From the NCBI GenBank assembly GCA_032718475.1, contig JAUCBJ010000321.1, forward strand, positions 30,994 to 94,993: a stretch of 64,000 nucleotides of DNA, written 5' to 3'. Shown piece by piece: positions 24,944 to 39,000 of this stretch. The notes beneath the pieces are model-generated. The model had not been told where the DNA came from, ran no database searches, and saw nothing but the letters and a program-made list of their open reading frames with translations. The position numbers were made by a program, and so were the translations under genes. The stretch's first letter is position 1; every line of letters starts with the position of its first letter. Source of the stretch: Nemertoderma westbladi (lineage: Eukaryota; Animalia; Xenacoelomorpha).

Positions 24944-27900
24944 ATACGGGACCTACCAATGTACTGCAGATATAACAGGTTGTATAACGGGACCTACCAA
25001 TGTACTGCAGATATAACAGGTTGTATAACGGGACCTACCAATGTACTGCAGATATAACAGGTTGTATAACGGAACCTACCAATGTACTGCAGATATAACA
25101 GGTTGTATAACGGGACCTACCAATGTACTGCAGATATAACAGGTTGTATAACGGGACCTACCAATGTACTGCAGATATAACAGGTTGTATAACGGGACCT
25201 ACCAATGTACTGCAGATATAACAGGTTGTATAACGGGACCTACCAATGTACTGCAGATATAACAGGTTGTATAACGGGACCTACCAATGTACCGCAGATA
25301 TAACAGGTTGTATAACGGGACCTACCAATGTACTGCAAATATAACAGGTTGTATAACGGGACCTACCAATGTACTGCAGATATAACAGGTTGTATAACGG
25401 GACCTACCAATGTACTGCAGATATAACAGATTGTATAACGGGACCTACCAATGTACTGCAGATACAACAGGTTGTATAACGGGACCTACCAATGTACTGC
25501 AGATATAACAGGTTGTATAACGGGACCTACCAATGTACTGCAGATATAACAGGTTGTATAACGGGACCTACCAATGTACTGCAGATACAACAGGTTGTAT
25601 AACGGGACCTACCAATGTACTGCAGATATAACAGGTTGTATAACGGGACCTACCAATGTACTGCAAATATAACAGGTTGTATAACGGGACCTACCAATGT
25701 ACTGCAGATATAACAGATTGTATAACGGGACCTACCAATGTACAGCAGATATACAGTAACAGGTTGTATAACGGGACCTACCAATGTACTGCAGATATAC
25801 AGTAACAGGTTGTATAACGGGACCTACCAATGTACTGCAAATATAACAGGTTGTATAACGGGACCTACCAATGTACTGCAGATATACAGTAACAGGTTGT
25901 ATAACGGGACCTACCAATGTACAGCAGATATACAGTAACAGGTTGTATAACGGGACCTACCAATGTACAGCAGATATACGGACAGGTTGTATAACGGGAC
26001 CTACCAATGTACTGCAAATATAACAGGTTGTATAACGGGACCTACCAATGTACTGCAGATATAACAGGTTGTATAACGGGACCTACCAATGTACTGCAGA
26101 TATAACAGGTTGTATAACGGGACCTACCAATGTACTGCAGATATAACAGGTTGTATAACGGGACCTACCAATGTACTGTAGATACAACAGGTTGTATAAC
26201 GGGACCTACCAATGTACTGCAAATATAACAGGTTGTATAACGGGACCTACCAATGTACTGCAGATATACAGTAACAGGTTGTATAACGGGACCTACCAAT
26301 GTACAGCAGATATACAGTAACAGGTTGTATAACGGAACCTACCAATGTATTGCAGATATACAGTAACAGGTTGTATAACGGGACCTACCAATGTACTGCA
26401 AATATAACAGGTTGTATAACGGGACCTACCAATGTACTGCAGATATAACAGGTTGTATAACGGGACCTACCAATGTACTGCAGATATAACAGGTTGTATA
26501 ACGGGACCTACCAATGTACTGCAGATATAACAGGTTGTATAACGGGACCTACCAATGTACAGCAGATATAACAGGTTGTATAACGGGACCTACCAATGTA
26601 CTGCAGATATACAGTAACAGGTTGTATAACGGGACCTACCAATCTACTGCAGATATAACAGGTTGTATAACGGGACCTACCAATGTACTGCAGATATAAC
26701 AGGTTGTATAACGGGACCTACCAATGTACTGCAGATATACAGTAACAGGTTGTATAACGGGACCTACCAATGTACTGCAGATATAACAGGTTGTATAACG
26801 GGACCTACCAATGTACTGCAGATATACAGTAACAGGTTGTATAACGGGACCTACCAATGTACAGCAGATATAACAGGTTGTATAACGGGACCTACCAATG
26901 TACAGCAGATATACAGTAACAGGTTGTATAACGGGACCTACCAATGTACTGCAGATATAACAGGTTGTATAACGGGACCTACAAATGTACTGCAGATATA
27001 ACAGGTTGTATAACGGGACCTACCAATGTACTGCAGATATACAGTAACAGGTTGTATAACGGGACCTACCAATGTACAGCAGGTATAACAGGTTGTATAA
27101 CGGGACCTACCAATGTACTGCAGATATACAGTAACAGGTTGTATAACGGGACCTACCAATGTACTGCAGATATACAGTAACAGGTTGTATAACGGGACCT
27201 ACCAATGTACTGCAGATATAACAGGTTGTATAACGGGACCTACCAATGTACTGCAGATATAAAGTAACAGGCTGTATAGCGAGACCTACCGATGTACTGC
27301 AGATATAACAGGTTGTATAACGGGACCTACCAATGTACTGCAGATATAAAGTAACAGGCTGTATAGCGGGACCTACCAATGTACTGCAGATATAACAGGT
27401 TGTATAACGGGACCTACCAATGTACTGCAGATATACAGTAACAGGTTGTATAACGGGACCTACCAATGTACTGCAAATATAACAGGTTGTATAACGGGAC
27501 CTACCAATGTACTGCAGATATAACAGGTTGTATAACGGGACCTACCAATGTACTGCAGATATAACAGGTTGTATAAGGGGACCTACCAATGTACTGCAGA
27601 TATAACAGGTTGTATAACGGGACCTACCAATGTACTGCAGATATAACAGGTTGTATAACGGGACCTACCAATGTACTGCAGATATAACAGGTTGTATAAC
27701 GGGACCTACCAATGTACTGCAGATATAACAGGTTGTATAACGGGACCTACCAATGTACTGCAGATATAACAGGTTGTATAACGGGACCTACCAATGTACT
27801 GCAGATATAACAGGTTGTATAACGGGACCTACCAATGTACTGCAGATATACAGTAACAGGTTGTATAACGGGACCTACCAATGTACTGCAGATATAACAG

Positions 27901-28826
27901 GTTGTATAACGGGACCTACCAATGTACTGCAGATATAACAGGTTGTATAACGGGACCTACCAATGTACTGCAGATATAACAGGTTGTATAACGGGACCTA
28001 CCAATGTACTACAGATATAACAGGTTGTATAACGGGACCTACCAATGTACTGCAGATATAAAGTAACAGGCTGTATAGCGAGACCTACCAATGTACTGCA
28101 GATATAACAGGTTGTATAACGGGACCTACCAATGTACTGCAGATATAACAGGTTGTATAACGGGACCTACCAATGTACTGCAGATATAACAGGTTGTATA
28201 ACGGGACCTACCAATGTACTGCAGATATAACAGGTTGTATAACGGGACCTACCAATGTACTGCAGATATAACAGGTTGTATAACGGGACCTACCAATGTA
28301 CTGCAGATATAACAGGTTGTATAACGGGACCTACCAATGTACTGCAGATATACAGTAACAGGTTGTATAACGGGACCTACCAATGTACTGCAGATATAAC
28401 AGGTTGTATAACGGGACCTACCAATGTACTGCAGATATAACAGGTTGTATAACGGGACCTACCAATGTACTGCAGATACAACAGGTTGTATAACGGGACC
28501 TACCAATGTACTGCAGATATAACAGGTTGTATAACGGGACCTACCAATGTACTGCAGATATAACAGGTTGTATAACGGGACCTACCAATGTACTGCAGAT
28601 ATAACAGGTTGTATAACGTGACCTACCAATGTACTGCAGATATAACAGGTTGTATAACGGGACCTACCAATGTACTGCAGATATAACAGGTTGTATAACG
28701 GGACCTACCAATGTACTGCAGATATAACAGGTTGTATAACGGGACCTACCAATGTACTGCAGATATAACAGGTTGTATAACGGGACCTACCAATGTACTG
28801 CAGATATAACAGGTTGTATAACGGGA
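24944..28826. repeat. 41/46-bp minisatellite (~93 copies)
   Basis: Unit acgggacctaccaatgtactgcagatataacaggttgtata. The 46-bp variant carries a 5-nt cagta insertion. Confidence 0.97.
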
Positions 28827-29557
28827 AAGCCAATCCCTCAGGTGGAAGTAAATCCTTTTATAATAGCCTTCTTGTTAATAATGATGTTAATACAGCGGCG
28901 ACCATAAACGAAGGAGTTGACATATAAAACACTAAATATGTGAAGTTAATAAAGTATGTGCGGTAAATATAGTATAGTAAAGAAAATATAGGAAATCCAT
29001 TACATACAACAGCATTTCGGTGACGGCAGGTACATTGAATGAACAGTTTCTAACATTTAGTACTCGAGTAACGTAACCTGTTGGAAATAAACTCACGTAG
29101 TATAAAAAAGGTCGGACGATATGATATGGGAAATTTTTACAAACAAAAAAAGGTATAAATTATAAGCGGCTTTAACTATTTATCAGCACCCACTAGATGG
29201 TATTGGGAATGGGTGATCTTTTAGAAACTTGTTATTGTAATATTGTAAACTATTATAAAATAAATTGAAACCATTAATGGCCCATCAACCGATTTATACT
29301 AATACTATACGTGTTGGTGTTTTCATCTTTATTAGTAATATGAATCAAATATATTTCCTGAATAACTGTGTTTATTTCACAACGAGTTGCTAATTTATCA
29401 TTCGTTAAAAAATTATAAAAAAAATCAGAATGATAAACAATACGAAAAAAACAAGCGATTTCCCATTAAAGGTAATAATTCTTGTGACACGAAATATTAC
29501 TGCGGAGTTCCTTATTAAATGAGAATAAAGTTGGGGGAATTTAGTTAAAGTAATTGT

Positions 29558-30250
29558 TTAGTTCGAAGCGATGGGGACTGTTCCCTTGGTGATCCTAATG
29601 TCCCCGTAGGGTTCCCTTTGCATCACCTCGATGACAGACTGTTTCTTTAACTGAAGAATCGTGTACAACTTAGCCGCCGCCTGGGAGCGGTTGTTCCGGT
29701 GCGCCAACGTAAAGAAGGACGTCGCCGATGAACCCGCTAACAACGCCGACAACGTCCTCGACATGAAGGCCGTCCGTTTGGAGCAGCGACGCTCATCGAA
29801 CTCCTCCGCGGTCTCTCCCTCCTCCTGCTGCTCCTCCTCGCAGACGGCGGACTCCGGAGCCGGACTCGGTGCTCCGGCCGGACTCGGAACGCCGGCCGGA
29901 CTCGGAACGCCGGCCGACGGATCCGAGTCCCCGTCCGACTCCGAGTCGCCCTCGTCGTAGTAGCCATGGTAACCGCCACCGTCCTCGCTGTCGCTGTCCG
30001 GATGCAGGATGGGGAGGGTGAGGGGCGGCACTCTGAGTTCGGTTTGGCTCGGCTCGGTCGCGCTCGGCTCGGTAGCGACGTCCAGGCGGGGCGACTTGGC
30101 GGGCGGCGGGAGGAGCGAATCGGCTTCCATGACGGCGGGCGGAAGGATTCCGGAGTCGGAACCCCGGATGCCGGAGCCGCAATCGACGCGGAATCCCTCG
30201 ATCGAGTCGGTGGAACGCAGGGATTGGACCGGAGCGAGAACGTTCTCAAC
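29558..30250 (-). CDS. RAD21: Cohesin kleisin subunit RAD21/SCC1, exon 2 (terminal)
   Basis: Acceptor tttccgttttcggtccgCAG|GTTGAG at 30251/30250 is in frame with ORF 29558-30130. The C-terminal winged helix reads FFTLAHRNNRSQAAAKLYTILQLKKQSVIEVMQREPYGDIRITKG. The spliced product is ~662 aa. Confidence 0.88.
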   Translation of the reverse strand, partial: VENVLAPVQSLRSTDSIEGFRVDCGSGIRGSDSGILPPAVMEADSLLPPPAKSPRLDVATEPSATEPSQTELRVPPLTLPILHPDSDSEDGGGYHGYYDEGDSESDGDSDPSAGVPSPAGVPSPAGAPSPAPESAVCEEEQQEEGETAEEFDERRCSKRTAFMSRTLSALLAGSSATSFFTLAHRNNRSQAAAKLYTILQLKKQSVIEVMQREPYGDIRITKGTVPIASN

Positions 30251-32203
30251 CTGCGGACCGAAAACGGAAATGTAGATGAGTAAATAATCAGAGTTTCCGC
30301 CGCCGAATGGATTAATATATACCGGTACCGGATCCGTAATATATTTTTCTACAAATCTTTATCTTATTGCTTAAGATTTGGAACACAACTAGTTCCACTC
30401 ACCGTCGTTGTTACCATGAAGCCGGGATTTTTGAGATTTGGATTTTAAAATATTTTTATATAAAAGCGCTTTAAAAAAGTGACACTTGCGAAATTACAAC
30501 CATCGTGTCGCAGTAATTCTTCACATTGCCCTTAGTTTGTACATATTGGAAAGCTTACGTTGAATACAAAATGTTCTGGAACATTTTGTTTATGTATGCG
30601 CAAGTAAATACGCAATATAGATATTGCATTGTCAGCTCGTAACACGTTCTAGAATTTTGCGTAAAAAAAAATGCCTATATCTCAGCTGTTTCTACATTGT
30701 TACATATTTGGAATCCTGGCAACGAAAGCTTTCTAACGATATAAATAAATCAACTAAGGGTGCAATTCCGCAAGACACTTCTTTAAAACGCTTATAAAAT
30801 TATTTAAAGGCTAAATCGAATACTCCGGGTTCAAGGGGTCCTCGACGGCGAGTTAAGAACTAATTGTACCGGTATTTAAAATATAAGTCTATTATTGTAA
30901 TGATTGTAGAAATACCCCCCAGTAGTAATGGTTACCCCTTTTCGGCGACAGTTTAGTCCAACTTCACACCTTGGGTGTTAAGTAGGTCATTAATTAATTA
31001 AACAATTAATTAATTGGTCGATTAAACAATTAATTAATTGTTTAATCAATCGATTTGTATCAAATAATGTTGCCAAAGGCAATTTAATTTGACACAAATC
31101 AATCAGATAGGGACGCGAGATGAATAAATTGTACTACAGTAGATAAAATATACAACACAATAGGAACCATACAATATAATATACAATACATTTGTATTAT
31201 TTTTGCCATACAGTAGGTAAAGGTAGAATTAAATATAAACATGCGAGCGGGGCCCAAAACATAAATTACCCTCACCCGAAAATAAAGTGGACCAGTTTGG
31301 CCCTGAGTCATCCCTCAATAATCTGCGGTCGTTGGGCTCTTATTAACCGTAGCATGACTAATCCAAACATCGAATCCTATACTGTATGTCAACGCGTGAA
31401 TGGGACCTGCGATAGAGTTTAAATTATTCAAACCTACAGCTGTGGGTGGGGACTGCCTTGGTATGTTGCCTTGATAGCCTTTAGCTTCGTTATCATGTAA
31501 GATTGGAAACCTTCGGTTTGCATCTTACGCGCCAGCATCACCTCAATCGCACATAGGCCAACTACAACCATTAATTACCGCATATGCGAGCGCATATGTT
31601 AATTTAAACCTGCGCGCCTGATCGCACATAATTAAATAAGGCCCTCTTTTAATACATAAGTTATATACAGTTTATCTTCAATTTATTGAATTTGTTTTTA
31701 TTTACAACCCTAATTGTTCTACTGTATTATAATTTAAGTTTTATTATAACAAGCTATATCCTGTTAATCTTATTAATTTTATTTGTACTGAGGTTTTCGA
31801 AGGCGCTGTTTCCAATGGTCCTACTCTCAAAACGATCTAACCTACTGTATAATTAATTACTCAAGTCTGCGAGGTATGCGTAAGTAACAAATCTCGTTTA
31901 CCAGTTTTCCTTAAAAAATATGAAGCTATATTGCTTAAGATTTCTGAGGGGCGAGCCATGAGGTAAGATGTTTGAGACTTTTTTAGATATATTATTACTT
32001 AATTTTGACCCCCCAGTCGATATCTATTACAATATAGGCTATATCTTTTTGCGGAGTCACAGAGTAGTCTGAAGATTCGAGTCTGCTGCTAGAGGGTGAA
32101 ATGTCTCAAAGTAAAAACCATACGGTAGCTATGAACTGGTTACTAGGCAATAATACTACATTTTGTATAGTTAGGCCTATTGCTGATCGAACGAAAACTG
32201 CCC

Positions 32204-32277
32204 TGGTCCATGTGAGGATTGAACCCACGACCTATTGGAGATGTGAATTCAAAGCAACCACTACACCAAGGTGGAAC
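32204..32277 (-). pseudogene. tRNA-like sequence (Val-CAC-like pseudogene or SINE head)
   Basis: The minus strand has A box tggtgtagtgg, loop ttcacat and B box ggttcaatcc, and ends atggacca. Acceptor and anticodon stems are imperfect. Confidence 0.5.
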
Positions 32278-32342
32278 AACGTTTGAATTTGTTCGTTAAC
32301 GTTCGAATTTGTAAGACTCTGATTTAAGACCTGAGGCACTCC

Positions 32343-32612
32343 CCACAACCACAGCCACAGCCACAGCCACAACCACAGCCACAGCCACAGCCACAACCAC
32401 AGCCACAACCACAGCCACAGCCACAGCCACAGCCACAGCCACAGCCACAACCACAGCCACAACCACAGCCACAACCACAGTCACAACCACAGCCACAGCC
32501 ACAACCACAGCCACAGCCACAACCACAGCCACAACCACAGCCACAGCCACAACCACAACCACAACCACAGCCACAGCCACAACCACAGCCACAACCACAG
32601 CCACAGCCACAG
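32343..32612. repeat. (CCACAR)n hexanucleotide microsatellite, ~45 copies
   Basis: Interspersed ccacag and ccacaa units, continuous with the inner end of the right TIR. Confidence 0.95.
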
Positions 32613-33022
32613 CTGTAGGTTTGAATAATTTAAACTCTATCGCAGGTCCCATTCACGCGTTGACATAGACATTCCACGGCTGTAGGCAGGACGTAGGATT
32701 AAGTCGAACCTGTGAGCGACCTTGGGGTCCGATCGGATGGAGGCATTGTCACTTATTTGCTTTGATTCTGGTTGGATCGGTGCAGATGATTTTGACGCAA
32801 TTATTGGCGTCTTCCCCTTACAGAAACCGCGGCGAATAAATTATGTTGTAAATAACTATTTATTTTACAAAAATAAGTAACTATTTTTTTGTCCGACTTG
32901 TTTATCCACATTTTCGAGGAATAGTAGAATGTGGAATAATAATGCACATTCTACAAAGCTGATTGGATAAATAAATATTATATTATCCGCATTTTTGGAA
33001 GATTGAATGGATAATAACTTTT

Positions 33023-36000
33023 ACCTGTAGGAACTGCTGTCTCTGGAACTCTCCTATAAACTCACCTGTAGGAACTGCTGTCTCTGGAACTCCCCTATAA
33101 ACTCACCTGTAGGAACTGCTGTCTCTGGAACTCCCCTAAACTCACCTGTAGGAACTGCTGTCTCTGGAACTCCCCTAAACTCACCTGTAGGAACTGCTCT
33201 CTCTGGAACTCTCCTAAACTCACCTGTAGGAACTGCTGTCTCTGGAACTCTCCTATAAACTCACCTGTAGGAACTGCTGTCTCTGGAACTCCCCTAAACT
33301 CACCTGTAGGAACTGCTGTCTCTGGAACTCTCCTATAAACTCACCTGTAGGAACTGCTGTCTCTGGAACTCCCCTAAACTCACCTGTAGGAACTGCTGTC
33401 TCTGGAACTCTCCTATAAACTCACCTGTAGGAACTGCTGTCTCTGGAACTCTCCTATAAACTCACCTGTAGGAACTGCTGTCTCTGGAACTCTCCTATAA
33501 ACTCACCTGTAGGAACTGCTGTCTCTGGAACTCTCCTATAAACTCACCTGTAGGAACTGCTGTCTCTGGAACTCCCCTAAACTCACCTGTAGGAACTGCT
33601 GTCTCTGGAACTCTCCTATAAACTCACCTGTAGGAACTGCTGTCTCTGGAACTCTCCTATAAACTCACCTGTAGGAACTGCTGTCTCTGGAACTCTCCTA
33701 TAAACTCACCTGTAGGAACTGCTGTCTCTGGAACTCTCCTATAAACTCACCTGTAGGAACTGCTGTCTCTGGAACTCTCCTATAAACTCACCTGTAGGAA
33801 CTGCTGTCTCTGGAGCTCTTCTAAACTCACCTGTAGGAACTGCTGTCTCTGGAGCTCTCCTATAAACTCACCTGTAGGAACTGCTGTCTCTGGAACTCTC
33901 CTATAAACTCACCTGTAGGAACTGCTGTCTCTGGAACTCTCCTATAAACTCACCTGTAGGAACTGCTGTCTCTGGAACTCTCCTAAACTCACCTGTAGGA
34001 ACTGCTGTCTCTGGAACTCTCCTATAAACTCACCTGTAGGAACTGCTGTCTCTGGAACTCTCCTATAAACTCACCTGTAGGAACTGCTGTCTCTGGAACT
34101 CTCCTATAAACTCACCTGTAGGAACTGCTGTCTCTGGAACTCTTCTAAACTCACCTGTAGGAACTGCTGTCTCTGGAACTCTCCTATAAACTCACCTGTA
34201 GGAACTGCTGTCTCTGGAACTCTCCTATAAACTCACCTGTAGGAACTGCTGTCTCTGGAGCTCTTCTAAACTCACCTGTAGGAACTGCTGTCTCTGGAGC
34301 TCTCCTATAAACTCACCTGTAGGAACTGCTGTCTCTGGAGCTCTTCTAAACTCACCTGTAGGAACTGCTGTCTCTGGAGCTCTCCTATAAACTCACCTGT
34401 AGGAACTGCTAGTCTCTGCAACTCTCCTAAACTCACCTGTAGGAACTGCTGTCTCTGGAGCTCTCCTATAAACTCACCTGTAGGAACTGCTGTCTCTGGA
34501 ACTCTCCTATAAACTCACCTGTAGGAACTGCTGTCTCTGGAACTCTCCTATAAACTCACCTGTAGGAACTGCTGTCTCTGGAACTCTCCTAAACTCGCCT
34601 GTAGGAACTGCTGTCTCTGGAACTCTCCTATAAACTCACCTGTAGGAACTGCTGTCTCTGGAACTCTCCTATAAACTCACCTGTAGGAACTGCTGTCTCT
34701 GGAACTCTCCTATAAACTCACCTGTAGGAACTGCTGTCTCTGGAACTCTTCTAAACTCACCTGTAGGAACTGCTGTCTCTGGAACTCTCCTATAAACTCA
34801 CCTGTAGGAACTGCTGTCTCTGGAACTCTCCTATAAACTCACCTGTAGGAACTGCTGTCTCTGGAGCTCTTCTAAACTCACCTGTAGGAACTGCTGTCTC
34901 TGGAGCTCTCCTATAAACTCACCTGTAGGAACTGCTAGTCTCTGCAACTCTCCTAAACTCACCTGTAGGAACTGCTGTCTCTGGAGCTCTCCTATAAACT
35001 CACCTGTAGGAACTGCTGTCTCTGGAACTCTCCTATAAACTCACCTGTAGGAACTGCTGTCTCTGGAACTCTCCTATAAACTCACCTGTAGGAACTGCTG
35101 TCTCTGGAACTCTCCTATAAACTCACCTGTAGGAACTGCTGTCTCTGGAACTCTCCTATAAACTCACCTGTAGGAACTGCTGTCTCTGGAACTCTCCTAT
35201 AAACTCACCTGTAGGAACTGCTGTCTCTGGAACTCTTCTAAACTCACCTGTAGGAACTGCTGTCTCTGGAACTCTCCTATAAACTCACCTGTAGGAACTG
35301 CTGTCTCTGGAACTCTCCTATAAACTCACCTGTAGGAACTGCTGTCTCTGGAACTCCCCTAAACTCACCTGTAGGAACTGCTCTCTCTGGAACTCTCCTA
35401 AACTCACCTGTAGGAACTGCTGTCTCTGGAACTCTCCTATAAACTCACCTGTAGGAACTGCTGTCTCTGGAACTCCCCTAAACTCACCTGTAGGAACTGC
35501 TGTCTCTGGAACTCTCCTATAAACTCACCTGTAGGAACTGCTGTCTCTGGAACTCTCCTAAACTCACCTGTAGGAACTGCTGTCTCTGGAACTCTCCTAT
35601 AAACTCACCTGTAGGAACTGCTGTCTCTGGAACTCTCCTATAAACTCACCTGTAGGAACTGCTGTCTCTGGAACTCTCCTATAAACTCACCTGTAGGAAC
35701 TGCTGTCTCTGGAACTCTTCTAAACTCACCTGTAGGAACTGCTGTCTCTGGAACTCTCCTATAAACTCACCTGTAGGAACTGCTGTCTCTGGAACTCTCC
35801 TATAAACTCACCTGTAGGAACTGCTGTCTCTGGAGCTCTTCTAAACTCACCTGTAGGAACTGCTGTCTCTGGAGCTCTCCTATAAACTCACCTGTAGGAA
35901 CTGCTGTCTCTGGAGCTCTTCTAAACTCACCTGTAGGAACTGCTGTCTCTGGAGCTCTCCTATAAACTCACCTGTAGGAACTGCTAGTCTCTGCAACTCT

Positions 36001-39000
36001 CCTAAACTCACCTGTAGGAACTGCTGTCTCTGGAGCTCTCCTATAAACTCACCTGTAGGAACTGCTGTCTCTGGAACTCTCCTATAAACTCACCTGTAGG
36101 AACTGCTGTCTCTGGAACTCTCCTATAAACTCACCTGTAGGAACTGCTGTCTCTGGAACTCTCCTAAACTCACCTGTAGGAACTGCTGTCTCTGGAACTC
36201 TCCTATAAACTCACCTGTAGGAACTGCTGTCTCTGGAACTCTCCTATAAACTCACCTGTAGGAACTGCTGTCTCTGGAACTCTCCTATAAACTCACCTGT
36301 AGGAACTGCTGTCTCTGGAACTCTTCTAAACTCACCTGTAGGAACTGCTGTCTCTGGAACTCTCCTATAAACTCACCTGTAGGAACTGCTGTCTCTGGAA
36401 CTCTCCTATAAACTCACCTGTAGGAACTGCTGTCTCTGGAGCTCTTCTAAACTCACCTGTAGGAACTGCTGTCTCTGGAGCTCTCCTATAAACTCACCTG
36501 TAGGAACTGCTGTCTCTGGAGCTCTTCTAAACTCACCTGTAGGAACTGCTGTCTCTGGAGCTCTCCTATAAACTCACCTGTAGGAACTGCTGTCTCTGCA
36601 ACTCTCCTAAACTCACCTGTAGGAACTGCTGTCTCTGGAGCTCTCCTATAAACTCACCTGTAGGAACTGCTGTCTCTGGAACTCTCCTATAATCTCACCT
36701 GTAGGAACTGCTGTCTCTGGAACTCTCCTATAAACTCACCTGTAGGAACTGCTGTCTCTGGAACTCTCCTATAAACTCACCTGTAGGAACTGCTGTCTCT
36801 GGAACTCTTCTAAACTCACCTGTAGGAACTGCTGTCTCTGGAACTCTCCTATAAACTCTACTGTAGGAACTGCTCTCTCTGGAACTCTCCTAAACTCACC
36901 TGTAGGAACTGCTGTATCTGGAACTCTCCTATAAACTCACCTGTAGGAACTGCTGTCTCTGCAACTCTCCTAAACTCACCTGTAGGAACTGCTGTCTCTG
37001 GAGCTCTCCTATAAACTCACCTGTAGGAACTGCTGTCTCTGGAACTCTCCTATAATCTCACCTGTAGGAACTGCTGTCTCTGGAACTCTCCTATAAACTC
37101 ACCTGTAGGAACTGCTGTCTCTGGAACTCTCCTATAAACTCACCTGTAGGAACTGCTGTCTCTGGAACTCTTCTAAACTCACCTGTAGGAACTGCTGTCT
37201 CTGGAACTCTCCTATAAACTCACCTGTAGGAACTGCTGTCTCTGCAACTCTCCTAAACTCACCTGTAGGAACTGCTGTCTCTGGAGCTCTCCTATAAACT
37301 CACCTGTAGGAACTGCTGTCTCTGGAACTCTCCTATAATCTCACCTGTAGGAACTGCTGTCTCTGGAACTCTCCTATAAACTCACCTGTAGGAACTGCTG
37401 TCTCTGGAACTCTCCTATAAACTCACCTGTAGGAACTGCTGTCTCTGGAACTCTTCTAAACTCACCTGTAGGAACTGCTGTCTCTGGAACTCTCCTATAA
37501 ACTCTACTGTAGGAACTGCTGTCTCTGCAACTCTCCTAAACTCACCTGTAGGAACTGCTGTCTCTGGAGCTCTCCTATAAACTCACCTGTAGGAACTGCT
37601 GTCTCTGGAACTCTCCTATAATCTCACCTGTAGGAACTGCTGTCTCTGGAACTCTCCTATAAACTCACCTGTAGGAACTGCTGTCTCTGGAACTCTCCTA
37701 TAAACTCACCTGTAGGAACTGCTGTCTCTGGAACTCTTCTAAACTCACCTGTAGGAACTGCTGTCTCTGGAACTCTCTTAAACTCACCTGTAGGAACTGA
37801 TGTCTCTGGAACTCTCCTATAAACTCTACTGTAGGAACTGCTCTCTCTGGAACTCTCCTAAACTCACCTGTAGGAACTGCTGTATCTGGAACTCTCCTAT
37901 AAACTCTACTGTAGGAACTGCTCTCTCTGGAACTCTCCTAAACTCACCTGTAGGAACTGCTGTCTCTGGAACTCTCATATAAACTCACCTGTAGGAACTG
38001 CTGTCTCTGGAACTCTCCTATAATCTCACCTGTAGGAACTGCTGTCTCTGGAACTCTCATATAAACTCACCTGTAGGAACTGCTGTCTCTTGAACTCTCC
38101 TATAAACTCACCTGTAGGAACTGCTGTCTCTGGAACTCTCCTATAAACTCTACTGTAGGAACTGCTGTCTCTGGAACTCTCCTAAACTCACCTGTAGGAA
38201 CTGCTGTCTCTGGAACTCTCATATAAACTCACCTGTAGGAACTGCTGTCTCTTGAACTCTCCTATAAACTCACCTGTAGGAACTGCTGTCTCTGGAACTC
38301 TCCTATAAACTCACCTGTAGGAACTGCTGTCTCTGGAACTCTCCTATAATCTCACCTGTAGGAACTGCTGTCTCTGGAGCTCTCCTATAAACTCACCTGT
38401 AGGAACTGCTGTCTCTGGAACTCTCCTATAATCTCACCTGTAGGAACTGCTGTCTCTGGAACTCTCCTATAAACTCACCTGTAGGAACTGCTGTCTCTGG
38501 AACTCTCCTATAAACTCACCTGTAGGAACTGCTGTCTCTGGAACTCTTCTAAACTCACCTGTAGGAACTGCTGTCTCTGGAACTCTCTTAAACTCACCTG
38601 TAGGAACTGATGTCTCTGGAACTCTCCTATAAACTCTACTGTAGGAACTGCTCTCTCTGGAACTCTCCTAAACTCACCTGTAGGAACTGCTGTATCTGGA
38701 ACTCTCCTATAAACTCTACTGTAGGAACTGCTCTCTCTGGAACTCTCCTAAACTCACCTGTAGGAACTGCTGTCTCTGGAACTCTCATATAAACTCACCT
38801 GTAGGAACTGCTGTCTCTGGAACTCTCCTATAATCTCACCTGTAGGAACTGCTGTCTCTGGAACTCTCATATAAACTCACCTGTAGGAACTGCTGTCTCT
38901 TGAACTCTCCTATAAACTCACCTGTAGGAACTGCTGTCTCTGGAACTCTCCTATAAACTCTACTGTAGGAACTGCTGTCTCTGGAACTCTCCTAAACTCA

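Larger units (their letters stand above)
31387..32665. mobile_element. Non-autonomous TIR element in the RAD21 intron, with ~59-bp perfect inverted repeats
   Basis: tgtcaacgcgtgaatgggacctgcgatagagtttaaattattcaaacctacagctgtgg (31387-31445) is exactly inverted at ~32607-32665. Flanked by TA on both sides. Confidence 0.8.

Noticed and set aside
28811-28927. Possible plus-strand coding exon after the 41-bp array (LYNGKANPSGGSKSF...)
   Set aside because: Short, no recognisable homology, and no partner exons.
29661-30283. Overlapping alternative-frame and antisense ORFs over RAD21 exon 2 (also over exon 1, BEL and Penelope)
   Set aside because: Shadow ORFs from GC-rich coding sequence, with no recognisable motifs.
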